From contig CAMCHQ010000009.1 in the NCBI GenBank assembly GCA_945874765.1, positions 6,186 to 70,185 of the forward strand: a stretch of 64,000 nt of DNA, read 5' to 3'. This document shows, piece by piece, positions 29,365 through 38,710 of this stretch (within the stretch, counting starts at the first letter, position 1; each line of letters starts with the position of its first letter). Under the pieces are notes generated by a model. It ran no database searches. It was not told the origin of the DNA and was given only the letters and a program-made list of their open reading frames with translations. This DNA comes from an uncultured Clostridia bacterium. GTDB lineage: Bacteria > Bacillota > Clostridia > Oscillospirales > Acutalibacteraceae. Both the position numbers and the translations under genes were made by a program.

Positions 29365-30927
29365 TTAGTGCTTAATATCGTCCCACTTAACGCCGTTGAT
29401 GTGGAAAAGGTCATCAAACTTATAAACGTTATGCTCTTCTTTAGTGTGGTTAGGATACCAAACCTGAGCAAAGAATGGGTTAGTCTTAGCGATTTCATCG
29501 TAGTTCCATTCTTTCTGAGGGATGTAGCACTCTGGGCACCAGTGACCGCCAAGAAGGATAAGAGCAGGTGAAGCTTCAAATTCAGCACCGCAAGTGCCGC
29601 ATTTCCACTTAAGCTTAGTAGCCATATCACCCTTAACCATTGTTTCGCTGAGGCATTCACCGCCACGGAACTTAGCTGCTTGCTTCATATCCTCAATGTC
29701 AAGTTCTGATTCAGGCTTGCTTTCGTCATAACCGTGGTCAAGCTTGTACTGTTCAGCAGCACTGTTGTCCTTATCAAACTTGATAATTTCGAAGTCTTCC
29801 CACTTTGAAGGAATCTTCTTGTATTCTTCCATAGAGCCGTAGTAAGCAGACATTCTTTCAGGGTTGTTAGTCTTAACCCAGTCAAGAGTACCGAAGCCCG
29901 GAGTAGAAGCAATCTTCTTCATAAACGGCTTAGCGCAAGCTGCAACGAGATTCTTTGGAAGATATCTTGGTATTTTGAAGTAGAATTCAACCTGATCAGC
30001 AAGTCTGTTGAAATATTCCTTAATAGGAAGGTTCTCTCTGAAGTGGAGATAATTTTCAAGCTTGTCACCGTCTGCATAGAACTGACCGTGGAAGTTCTTT
30101 GTGATGAACCAGTTTGGCTCAAAGAGCTTGTCAGGACCTGCAAGACCGAGTGCACCGAGAAGAAGGTTTTCAAATTCGTAGTTAGAAATTCTGTATTCCT
30201 TACCTGAACCGATGTTATAGAAGTGATTCCAGAAGTCTGAACCAAGGTGACCTGCCTTATCCTCAAGAACGAGGTTACACATAAGTCTGCCTGAGTCCTC
30301 AACAGTACACCATTCAAGTACACCATTGATTGGAACGTGGAACATAATAGGGTCCATATTCTTAAGAATGTTAGGATAAAGAATACCTGACTGACGCATT
30401 ACAACCCAATTCTTAATGCCGCTTTCAACGAATGTACGCTCAGCAACAGTCTTAGAAATTGCATAGTGGTCGTAAATAGAAATTTTGATAGGGTCGCCGC
30501 AACGTCCCCAGTGAATAGGATAGTTACGGTCACCTGTTTCAGCAACAGTACCGATATAGCAAACCTTGATAGCATCAGGATCCGGCTGAGCAAGAACAGC
30601 CTTGCAGATGCTCTGAGCTGCACCGATGTTTGTCTTTTGTGTTTTGTAAGGCTTCCAGTCAGCAGTAGGAGAAACCATACCGCCTACGTGAAGAACATAG
30701 TCTGCACCTGTTACACCTTCAAGGATTGAATCGTAATCGTTGAGGTCACCCCAAACAACCTTTACGTTTGGCTTAGCCATTAAATCCTTAAGCTTTTCTT
30801 CATTTTTTGGGCTCTTTCTTGCAAGCATCTTGATATTGATATCACTTGGATGCTTAAGCATTTCCTGAACAGCAGCCCAACCCATATTACCTGTACCACC
30901 GGTAATAAAAACGGTTTTCTTTGCCAT
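29365..30927 (-). CDS. Extended-SDR (NAD-dependent epimerase/dehydratase-like) protein fused to an unassigned C-terminal region ending in a zinc ribbon
   Basis: VFITGGTGNMG Rossmann loop, YAISK (Y-x3-K), C-terminal CGTC-N17-CPEC, AAGGAGG RBS. Confidence 0.75.
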   Translation of the reverse strand: MAKKTVFITGGTGNMGWAAVQEMLKHPSDINIKMLARKSPKNEEKLKDLMAKPNVKVVWGDLNDYDSILEGVTGADYVLHVGGMVSPTADWKPYKTQKTNIGAAQSICKAVLAQPDPDAIKVCYIGTVAETGDRNYPIHWGRCGDPIKISIYDHYAISKTVAERTFVESGIKNWVVMRQSGILYPNILKNMDPIMFHVPINGVLEWCTVEDSGRLMCNLVLEDKAGHLGSDFWNHFYNIGSGKEYRISNYEFENLLLGALGLAGPDKLFEPNWFITKNFHGQFYADGDKLENYLHFRENLPIKEYFNRLADQVEFYFKIPRYLPKNLVAACAKPFMKKIASTPGFGTLDWVKTNNPERMSAYYGSMEEYKKIPSKWEDFEIIKFDKDNSAAEQYKLDHGYDESKPESELDIEDMKQAAKFRGGECLSETMVKGDMATKLKWKCGTCGAEFEASPALILLGGHWCPECYIPQKEWNYDEIAKTNPFFAQVWYPNHTKEEHNVYKFDDLFHINGVKWDDIKH

Positions 30928-31038
30928 AATTTTCCTCCTTATAAGGCTTATGCCTTTAATTGCTATATAATTATAAACTATTTATTAAGAAATTACAATA
31001 GGAAATATCAAATAACCTTTAATATTTATAAATATTTA

Positions 31039-31067
31039 TTGACTTTATTAATTTAATGATGTATTAT
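31039..31067 (+). promoter_or_regulatory. Sigma-A type promoter of the S-box/metK unit
   Basis: TTGACT, 17 nt, TATTAT. Confidence 0.6.
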
Positions 31068-31085
31068 AGCATTAATGTTAATATG

Positions 31086-31212
31086 CTTTATCAAGAGTGG
31101 TTGAGGGACAGGCCCTGTGAAACCACAGCAACCTGCATTTGTAAGGTGCTAATACCTGCGGCTTACCGAGTGATGATAGCTAAGTGCACACGCTCGTTAC
31201 GTGTGCTTTTTT
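31086..31212 (+). promoter_or_regulatory. SAM-I (S-box) riboswitch with terminator
   Basis: CTTTATCAAGAGtGGttGAGGGAcaGGCCCtgTGAAACC...GCAACC...GGTGCTAAtACCtGC...GATGATAG core. Terminator gcacacg/cgtgtgc plus T6 at 31186-31212. Confidence 0.9.
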
Positions 31213-31257
31213 CTTTCTAAAGCAATTAACAAATATTTTTGATGAGAGGAATATATT

Positions 31258-32436
31258 ATGTCAAAACATTTGTTTACAAGTGAATCTGTAACAAAAGGTC
31301 ATCCTGATAAAATTTGTGACCAAATTTCAGATTCTATTCTCGATGCAATGCTCGAACAGGACCCGCAAAGCCGTGTTGCTTGCGAAACCACCTGCACTAC
31401 AGGTCAGGTTCTTGTAATGGGTGAAATTACTACTCAGGCTAAGGTTGATATCCCGTCAATCGTAAGAAAAACTATTTGTGATATCGGTTATGATGACGAT
31501 AAGAAAGGCTTTAACGGCAATACATGCGCTGTTTTACTTGCTCTTGACCATCAGTCACCTGATATTGCAATGGGTGTTGATAAGTCATTGGAACTTAAAA
31601 ACGATGAAGAGGATGAATATAACCTTAACGGCGCCGGTGACCAGGGTATGATGTTCGGTTATGCTTGCAATGAAACTAAGGAACTTATGCCGCTTCCAAT
31701 CAGCCTTGCTCATAAACTTGCTCTTAAGCTTACAGAGGTTAGGGAAAACGGTACTTTGCCTTATCTTTATGCCGACGGTAAAACTCAGGTAACTGTTGAA
31801 TATGACGATGATAAGCCTGTAAAGGTTACTGCTGTTGTTGTATCAAGTCAGCACAGCGCCGATGTTGAGCTTTCTCAGCTTAGAAATGATATTATCGAAA
31901 AGGTTATTAAAACTACTATTCCTGCTGAATTTATTGATGATGATACAAAGTACTTTGTTAATCCTACAGGCAGATTTGTAATCGGCGGTCCTCACGGTGA
32001 CTCAGGTCTTACAGGACGTAAGATTATTGTTGATACATACGGCGGATATGCTCGTCACGGCGGCGGTGCATTCAGCGGTAAAGACCCAACTAAGGTTGAC
32101 AGAAGTGCCGCTTACGCTTCACGTTGGGTTGCTAAAAATGTTGTTGCTGCCGGTCTTGCAGATAAATGCGAGGTTGAACTTGCATATGCAATCGGTGTTG
32201 CAAAGCCTGTTTCAGTTATGGTTGATACATTCGGTACAGGTAAACTTGATGATGAAAAAATTGCCGATATCGTTAATAAGGTATTTGACCTTCGTCCGTC
32301 TGCAATTATTGACAGACTTGACCTTAGAAAGCCTATTTATGAAAAGCTTGCCGCTTACGGTCATATGGGCAGGGAAGACCTCGGCGTTTCTTGGGAAAAG
32401 ACCGATATGGTTGACGAAATTAAAAAGTATATGTAA
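31258..32436 (+). CDS. metK: S-adenosylmethionine synthase
   Basis: [47 protein letters not shown]. Confidence 0.97.
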   Translation: MSKHLFTSESVTKGHPDKICDQISDSILDAMLEQDPQSRVACETTCTTGQVLVMGEITTQAKVDIPSIVRKTICDIGYDDDKKGFNGNTCAVLLALDHQSPDIAMGVDKSLELKNDEEDEYNLNGAGDQGMMFGYACNETKELMPLPISLAHKLALKLTEVRENGTLPYLYADGKTQVTVEYDDDKPVKVTAVVVSSQHSADVELSQLRNDIIEKVIKTTIPAEFIDDDTKYFVNPTGRFVIGGPHGDSGLTGRKIIVDTYGGYARHGGGAFSGKDPTKVDRSAAYASRWVAKNVVAAGLADKCEVELAYAIGVAKPVSVMVDTFGTGKLDDEKIADIVNKVFDLRPSAIIDRLDLRKPIYEKLAAYGHMGREDLGVSWEKTDMVDEIKKYM

Positions 32437-32452
32437 TTATTCTGTATAAATA

Positions 32453-32479
32453 AAAAGCTCGGAGAAATCCGAGCTTTTT
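32453..32479. terminator. Bidirectional terminator (metK / proC)
   Basis: aaaagctcgga / tccgagctttt. Confidence 0.85.
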
Positions 32480-32494
32480 GTCATTTAATCGATA

Positions 32495-33286
32495 TTATAA
32501 TTTCTTATCTTTATCAAGTGCTTTATCAACTGCGTTATGTACTGCAGCTTCAAAACCGTCCGATTGAAGTGAGGTTACGCCTTCAATTGTAGTACCGCCT
32601 GGTGAGCAAACGTTATCAATAAGCTGCCAAGGATGTTCGTCACTTTCAAGTATCATTTTAGCACTGCCTAAAACTGTCTGAGCGGAAATTTTAAGTGCGT
32701 CACTCTTTTTCATTCCGTTTTTTACTCCGGCACGTGCCATGGCGTCAATAAACATATATGCAAAAGCAGGTCCGCAGCCGCCGATAACGCCAAAAAGAGG
32801 GAAGTAATTTTCATCAAGACAAAGCACCTTGCCGATTCCGTTTAAAAGTTTTTCTACATTTTTCTTATCCTCATCATTAACTAAATCGTTAAAGCAATAA
32901 GCTGAAATTGCTTCACCGACCTTAGCATTGATATTAGGCATTACACGAACAATTTTTGCCTTGCATTTTAAATTGCTTTCAATAAATTCGATTGTTTTTC
33001 CCGCTGCGATTGAAATAATCAATTTATCTTTGATTTCACCGTCGATTTTATTTAAAACACTTACCTGAACGTTTGGTTTAACCGCAAGAAAAATAATGTC
33101 ACTTGACTTTACAACGTCTTTTTCGCTTTGGCAAATATTTATATTTATATTTTCTTTAAGTTTCCCGGTTGCACCGTCAAAAATATCATAAGCGTTTATA
33201 TCATTTTCGTTTACAACATTGTTAGCGGTAATTCCGTTAATAATGGCGGTTGCCATATTTCCGCAACCTATAAACCCTACTTTCAT
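32495..33286 (-). CDS. proC: Pyrroline-5-carboxylate reductase
   Basis: MKVGFIGCGNMA, VMPN, SPGGTT. Confidence 0.9.
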   Translation of the reverse strand: MKVGFIGCGNMATAIINGITANNVVNENDINAYDIFDGATGKLKENININICQSEKDVVKSSDIIFLAVKPNVQVSVLNKIDGEIKDKLIISIAAGKTIEFIESNLKCKAKIVRVMPNINAKVGEAISAYCFNDLVNDEDKKNVEKLLNGIGKVLCLDENYFPLFGVIGGCGPAFAYMFIDAMARAGVKNGMKKSDALKISAQTVLGSAKMILESDEHPWQLIDNVCSPGGTTIEGVTSLQSDGFEAAVHNAVDKALDKDKKL

Positions 33287-33336
33287 ATTTACACTTCCTT
33301 TGCTTTGTTGTTTTTATAATAGCATTATTTTACTTA

Positions 33337-33606
33337 TTAATCAATGCTTTTGTTATCTTTTAGTTTTCTGTATTTCTCTTTTGTGGCAAGTCCGCCTCTG
33401 ATATGACGTTCCGCTTTATTGCGCTCTAATACTTCTTTAACCTCACTGCAAAGCAGGGGATTAATCATTGCAAGGCGCTTAGTAACGTCGTTATGTACTG
33501 TTGATTTGCTTATGTTAAATACAATTGCGGCTTGCCTGACCGTTGCACCTGTTTCAATTATATAGTGTCCTAAATCAATGCAACGTTTCTCTACATTACC
33601 AATCAA
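33337..33606 (-). CDS. spoIIID: Sporulation transcriptional regulator SpoIIID
   Basis: TTG start after GGAAGGTGA. ...R.I.LG.YI.ET.ATVR.AA..F.ISKSTVH.DVT.RL..INP.L...V...L..NK.ERH.RGG.ATK.KY. Confidence 0.9.
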   Translation of the reverse strand: MIGNVEKRCIDLGHYIIETGATVRQAAIVFNISKSTVHNDVTKRLAMINPLLCSEVKEVLERNKAERHIRGGLATKEKYRKLKDNKSID

Positions 33607-33659
33607 AGAATTTCACCTTCCTTGGTAATGTATATGAAAATTTACGGTAAATAGAACAA

Positions 33660-33682
33660 CCCCCACGTCATTGACGTGGGGG
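33660..33682. terminator. GC-rich palindrome between spoIIID and the upstream gene (probable terminator or processing hairpin)
   Basis: cccccacgtca t tgacgtggggg. The T-tract is better on the plus strand than on the minus strand. Confidence 0.45.
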
Positions 33683-33690
33683 TATTTTGG

Positions 33691-34182
33691 TTATTCTGCT
33701 TTTGTTGTGGTTGTATTGCTGTCTTTAACGGAATCACCGATTAAATCTGCAAGGGTTTTCATTTTAAGTTCGTCAACAGAATCATATGTGTTTGAATCCG
33801 ATTCCTTGCCGTCCTCAATGAGAGTGAGTGTAAGTACCTTGCCTTTTACTTTATACTTATAAACAACCTCGCCGCTTGTGTTCGGGTTAGTCAAAGTGAT
33901 TTTGTTACCCTTTACGGTATATTCACCTGAGAAATTAACTGTTGATAAATATGAGTCGTATGTACCGTCATCATAAAATACATAAGCTGACAATCCCGGT
34001 GACTTTTGACTTTGCCATTTGCCGACAAGTTTGTCTTGATGCGCTGTTGCAGCCGAGATTGCATTGGCAGGGCTTTGGTCAGTTGCAACACAATAAATTC
34101 CGCCGGCTGCCAAAAGTGCAAAGATAACTGCGGCAACAACTATTATAGCAATTTTTGCTTTAGACAATTTTACGTTTGACAT
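33691..34182 (-). CDS. Membrane-anchored small beta-rich (lipocalin-like) protein, unknown function
   Basis: N-terminal anchor IAIIVVAAVIFALLAAGGIY, then ..LVGKWQS......YVFYDDGTY....SGEYTVKGNKITL pattern. Starts 6 nt after the prs-like stop codon. Confidence 0.55.
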   Translation of the reverse strand: MSNVKLSKAKIAIIVVAAVIFALLAAGGIYCVATDQSPANAISAATAHQDKLVGKWQSQKSPGLSAYVFYDDGTYDSYLSTVNFSGEYTVKGNKITLTNPNTSGEVVYKYKVKGKVLTLTLIEDGKESDSNTYDSVDELKMKTLADLIGDSVKDSNTTTTKAE

Positions 34183-34188
34183 AATATC

Positions 34189-35367
34189 TTAGTCCTTTAA
34201 ACCTTTATTTTTTAACAAAGCGTCGATTTTTGCAGAGCAGTCAAGAAGACTTGATACCGACATATCGTGATTTAATGTATCAATAAAGTATGCTGCATAT
34301 TTTGAAAGTTCAACGCTTACATACCATTCTCTGCTTAAAAGTTCCGGTGTCTGATATACACCGTTTGTTGTGAATACTCTGTAGAATATACCGTCTTTAT
34401 ATGCTTTATCGAATACGTCAAGACCGTTGCAGAAAAGACCGAAAGTTGTGCATACGAAAATTCTGCCGCAGCCTAAGTTTTTAAGCTTCATAGCAACTTC
34501 AAGCATTGATTCGCCTGATGAAATCATATCGTCAACAATAATGATATCCTTGCCTTTTACGGAATCGCCGAGGTATTGATGCTCAACGATTGGGTTTCTG
34601 CCGTTTACAACTCTTGTATAATCTCTTCTCTTATAGAACATACCGAGATTAACACCGAGCTGTGTTGCAAAATAAATACATCTGTGAAGTGCACCCTCGT
34701 CAGGAGAGATAATCATTAAATGGTCTTTGTCTACCTTTAAATCATCAACATTATTAACAAGAGCCTTAATCATTTGATATGTAGGCATAACATTTTCAAA
34801 TGACTTGTCCGGAATAGCGTTTTGTACTCTTTGGTCATGAGCATCAAAAGTGATAATATTTTCAACGCCGAGATGAACAAGCTCTTTAAGTGCCATTGCA
34901 CAGTCAAGTGATTCTCTTGAACTTCTTTTGTGCTGTCTGCCTTCATAAAGCATTGGCATAATAACCGATACTCTTTTAGGCTTTGAACAAAGTGCCGAAA
35001 TAACTCTCTTGAGGTCTGCAAAATGGTCATCAGGTGACATATAAACCTTTCTGCCATACATATCATAGCTGCAGCTGTAGTTAAATACATCACATACAAT
35101 GTAAATATCGTAGCCTCTTACGCTTTCGTTAATTACACCTTTACCTTCACCGCTGCCGAAACGTGGAATAGATACATCAATTTTGTAAGTATCTCTTTGA
35201 TAACCGAAAAATGCAATTGACTCAGCATGTTCGCTTGCCTGTGTTTTACGCCATTTAACAAGGTATTTGTCAATCTTGTCGGTTAATTCCTCACAACCCG
35301 GCATACCGATAATGCCAAGCGGTCCGATTGGAATAGTGTTAATGCTTATTGCTGTTTGTCTTGCCAT
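34189..35367 (-). CDS. Divergent ribose-phosphate pyrophosphokinase (Prs) family protein, long form
   Basis: ATG 35367. RFGSGEGKGVINESVRGYDIYIV, YEGRQHKR (compare YARQDRK) and IIIVDDMISSGES PRPP loop. About 390 aa, against about 315 aa for canonical Prs. Confidence 0.7.
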   Translation of the reverse strand: MARQTAISINTIPIGPLGIIGMPGCEELTDKIDKYLVKWRKTQASEHAESIAFFGYQRDTYKIDVSIPRFGSGEGKGVINESVRGYDIYIVCDVFNYSCSYDMYGRKVYMSPDDHFADLKRVISALCSKPKRVSVIMPMLYEGRQHKRSSRESLDCAMALKELVHLGVENIITFDAHDQRVQNAIPDKSFENVMPTYQMIKALVNNVDDLKVDKDHLMIISPDEGALHRCIYFATQLGVNLGMFYKRRDYTRVVNGRNPIVEHQYLGDSVKGKDIIIVDDMISSGESMLEVAMKLKNLGCGRIFVCTTFGLFCNGLDVFDKAYKDGIFYRVFTTNGVYQTPELLSREWYVSVELSKYAAYFIDTLNHDMSVSSLLDCSAKIDALLKNKGLKD

Positions 35368-35459
35368 AGTATATGAAACTCCTCTCAAATGTTCACGTGT
35401 ATTCTACAATAAAAGCAGATTATTGTAAATAGATTTTTTAGAATTATACCGATTTTTAT

Positions 35460-38400
35460 TTATTCAACAAGATTTTCTTCCTTTTTTCTGCCTCTTTTGT
35501 TGAGTTTTAAAGAAGATTTAGTGAATATATAATAACCGCATAATCCCAATGCAGTAACTGCCGTAATTGCTATGCCGTAAACAAAGCCAGAAGGGGTGTA
35601 TTTATATTCGATTTGATGATTGCCAGGAGTTAATTCGATTGCAAGAAGTGTGCCGCCAATTTCAAACGTTTCCGCTTTCTTGCCGTCTACATATACGCTC
35701 CAACCGTCATCATAAGGAATTGATGAATATAAATAACAATTTTCTTTTGCAGAAATTGTACCCTTAATAGACGTGTCGTTATAAGATGTTACTTTAATTG
35801 TATTTTTCGAAAGAGAATTATAAGCATTTTTAAGCACGGCGTCATCACAACTGTAACAATAAATATCAAATGATGTGCTTTCACTTTCCATTGTTCCGCC
35901 GTCAAGCGAGACCTTAACCTCGTCGCCCTTATTGTGGAAGCCGAGGTCGAGTATATATTCTTCATCTGTATTTTGGGTAATATCGGATACCTTTTCCGAA
36001 TTGACCGTAATGCTCTTTAAATCGCTTGATTTAACATAGAGATAGAGATTGCCGTCAATAGTAGGGGATAAAGTTATTGTTTCAGTTCCGTAAGTTGATG
36101 ATGCGTCGCTTTTATTAAGCCAATACGTTCCGTTTTCCGTAACATCATCACCTGTTACGCCGTCAAAGTCGGTACTAATATAATCAACTTTTTTAAATAC
36201 ATTTGAATAACCTGTCGCAAGTTTTACAAAATCACTTTGAATTTCAAAAGGATTTCCTTCATCTGTAATCCAGTCCTCAACATATGAATTAACGCAATAA
36301 GCAATAGGAAGGTTGTATTTGTTTTCATATACATTAGCCTTTTTATCGGCAGTTGTATATATCTTTTTGTAAAGATTTGATGACGGAGCAAGGCTTACAT
36401 CTGTTTGAATTAAATATTTTATGTTAAACATCATATTGTAAACAGGTGTCTGCGTATTATAAGTGTAGCTGTTAATTCTGTTTCCGAACATACCCAAACT
36501 GTGTTGCAATTCGGCATACGATTCATAAGCCATTGAGGAAAATACAGATATACCGTTATATCCGTAATATGCAGGGTCCATACGAGTGTTAAGGTAGCAA
36601 AGCTCTGTTCTGTAAAAATCCTTATCATTTGAGTTAATATAGTTTATCGCATTTGTGTATGTGGCATAATTTTCCTTATAGCTTCCGTTTTCCTGATTAA
36701 GAGGTATTCCGGTAACTGCACTAATTACAGTTTCTCCGACCAAGAAAACAATCAAAACAAATGCCGTCAGCTTCTTTTGAATATTTTTATTCTTTGCAAT
36801 AAGAAGATAACCGCACCAAAGCGCAACCAAAATAATTGTTGCATAAATGGTGTTGTTAGTCATTTTGTTGGTAAGGAATTTTTGCGTAACAATAACAATT
36901 GCGATAATTCCAAGCCCTGAATATACAATATCCTTAACTTTAATTGCTTTGAAATTAATTAAAGTTTTATATCCCATAACGGCTATTATGAATGAATACA
37001 TATATGAAAAACGATACGGTAAGTCGTTAGGGAAGTGGAGCGCATGCCAAATATAGTTAGCACAGTTATTATTAAAGCTAAAAATAAAGAATATCATCAA
37101 AAGAACATATGTTGCTTTTTCTTTAAGGCTGATTTTATCGTTAATAAGGAATAACGGAAGTAAAACAAGCGTTAAAATTCCCGTATAAACATTTGGCAAA
37201 ACGTTGTCGCCGCTGCTTCTGATAGTTGTTTCAAGAATTGCAAAATGCGATGTTATAAAGTCAAGCAGGTCAAAGTAACTTGTGAACGAATCGGGAAATG
37301 TTCCTGAAGTTGCGGAACTGTTCTTTAATATCATAAATACAGGTATTAAAGTTATTGCACAAAACATTGCCGCAAGAATACTTGCAAAAGCAAACTTAAC
37401 GCCTCGATTAATAAACGAGTTATTCATTAATGCTTTGGTTGAATATTTTTTCTCAAACTTTGCGTTAGGATTAAGCTTTCCCTCGTTTTTGTAAGAAATA
37501 ATGAAGTATGCTAAAAAGTATATTACTGCAAATATACAGCTCATAAATCCCATATAATAATTTGCAAAGAAGAGAACAATCATTGAGACTGTATAAAGTT
37601 TTATGTCACCTTTATTGAATATTCTTTCAATTCCAAGGGCAATAAGCGGAAGCATAATCATTCCGTCGAGCCACATTATATTCCAATAATAAGCAAGAAA
37701 ATATGCACTGAATGCGTAGAGAACGCCGAATACGCTCACATAATAATTATCCTTGCCAAAGCTGCTTTTTAAATAATAGCTGAATGTGGTTGCACTTAAT
37801 ATGCATTTTAAAGCAACCAAAAATGTAATTGCAAGAGAGATATCTTCCTTGTCAAAAAGAAAGATTAAAAACGAAAGCGGACTTGAAAGATAGTTAAGAT
37901 AATTACCTAAAAAGCTTGAACCGCCGCCGGTTGTCCAAGAATAAAGCAAGCTTTTGTGCTCAACAATTCTGTCATAAAGCTCTGCAAAAAGCGGACCGTA
38001 TTGATGATAAAGGTCCATTCTCATAACTGTTGTATCGCCAAACGGAAATGTAGAATAAATGATATAAAGAACGCTTATACATAAAAGTGCCAAAGCGCCT
38101 GAAAGGAAAACGTATCTGTTTTTAAAAAATACTTTATATATTCTTGACTGTTTTACGCTTATCGCTTCATATCCGCAATCGAAAACAAGTGTTCTGTCAT
38201 ATACGTAATTAAATAAAAATGAGGTTATAACAGCGATAAACCAAGAGAAAGTAATCGGCATATCAAGCAGATTGTAAAAACCGAACTCTGCAAGTTTATA
38301 AAAGCCGAAGTTGACGGCAACTCTGATTATAAAAAATATGATTTGTTTGGTATTTGACGCTAATATTTTTTTGCCGAAAACAAATTTTCTTTCAAGAAAA

Positions 38401-38591
38401 AACGAAACAATGCTTGCAACCGTAAATGCGATAATACAGCTCGGTGCCACCGCAACACCTAAAAATACTTTTAAAATCTGTTTTAAAGCAAACAGAACAA
38501 AAAGCGAAATTGCAGACATAAGAGTATAGCTGATTGTTTCGCCGTTTATAAATTTATTTGTTTTTGTATTAATATCTAATGCGTTGTTCAT
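35460..38591 (-). CDS. GtrA-like domain fused to a YfhO-family membrane glycosyltransferase, with a C-terminal extracellular beta-rich domain
   Basis: Residues 1-140 form a 4-TM unit with FFLERKFVF and NYVYDRTLVF (GtrA hallmarks). The YfhO start follows (STFPFGDTTVMRMDLYHQYGPLF). 1043 aa. Confidence 0.75.
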   Translation of the reverse strand: MNNALDINTKTNKFINGETISYTLMSAISLFVLFALKQILKVFLGVAVAPSCIIAFTVASIVSFFLERKFVFGKKILASNTKQIIFFIIRVAVNFGFYKLAEFGFYNLLDMPITFSWFIAVITSFLFNYVYDRTLVFDCGYEAISVKQSRIYKVFFKNRYVFLSGALALLCISVLYIIYSTFPFGDTTVMRMDLYHQYGPLFAELYDRIVEHKSLLYSWTTGGGSSFLGNYLNYLSSPLSFLIFLFDKEDISLAITFLVALKCILSATTFSYYLKSSFGKDNYYVSVFGVLYAFSAYFLAYYWNIMWLDGMIMLPLIALGIERIFNKGDIKLYTVSMIVLFFANYYMGFMSCIFAVIYFLAYFIISYKNEGKLNPNAKFEKKYSTKALMNNSFINRGVKFAFASILAAMFCAITLIPVFMILKNSSATSGTFPDSFTSYFDLLDFITSHFAILETTIRSSGDNVLPNVYTGILTLVLLPLFLINDKISLKEKATYVLLMIFFIFSFNNNCANYIWHALHFPNDLPYRFSYMYSFIIAVMGYKTLINFKAIKVKDIVYSGLGIIAIVIVTQKFLTNKMTNNTIYATIILVALWCGYLLIAKNKNIQKKLTAFVLIVFLVGETVISAVTGIPLNQENGSYKENYATYTNAINYINSNDKDFYRTELCYLNTRMDPAYYGYNGISVFSSMAYESYAELQHSLGMFGNRINSYTYNTQTPVYNMMFNIKYLIQTDVSLAPSSNLYKKIYTTADKKANVYENKYNLPIAYCVNSYVEDWITDEGNPFEIQSDFVKLATGYSNVFKKVDYISTDFDGVTGDDVTENGTYWLNKSDASSTYGTETITLSPTIDGNLYLYVKSSDLKSITVNSEKVSDITQNTDEEYILDLGFHNKGDEVKVSLDGGTMESESTSFDIYCYSCDDAVLKNAYNSLSKNTIKVTSYNDTSIKGTISAKENCYLYSSIPYDDGWSVYVDGKKAETFEIGGTLLAIELTPGNHQIEYKYTPSGFVYGIAITAVTALGLCGYYIFTKSSLKLNKRGRKKEENLVE

Positions 38592-38710
38592 TACTGCACT
38601 CCGTGTAATAAATAATTATATACATATAATATCACATTTGTTTTTTTACTTCAACTGAAATTTTGTTATATCTTTTTGAATTTTAGCATATTATTAAGCA
38701 AGGTGATTTT

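Noticed and set aside
29304-30623. A chain of four ORFs in one alternative minus-strand frame inside the SDR gene, and a comparable +1-frame chain at 18174-19196 and 16001-17263 inside the parvulin genes.
   Set aside because: The near-open off-frames are a by-product of the strong C/G-ending codon bias of these genes, which leaves few off-frame stop triplets. The translations look non-protein-like.
31997-32449. 150-aa +1-frame ORF inside metK, and similar same-strand shadows at 24190-24510, 24655-25125 and 4787-4987.
   Set aside because: These are overlapping shadow frames of strongly supported genes, with no independent start signals.
38664-38694. A possible sigma-E type promoter for spoIIIA (GTTATAT ... 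CATATTAT).
   Set aside because: It is only a loose resemblance to the -35/-10 consensus in a very AT-rich spacer, so it cannot be supported without 5'-end data.
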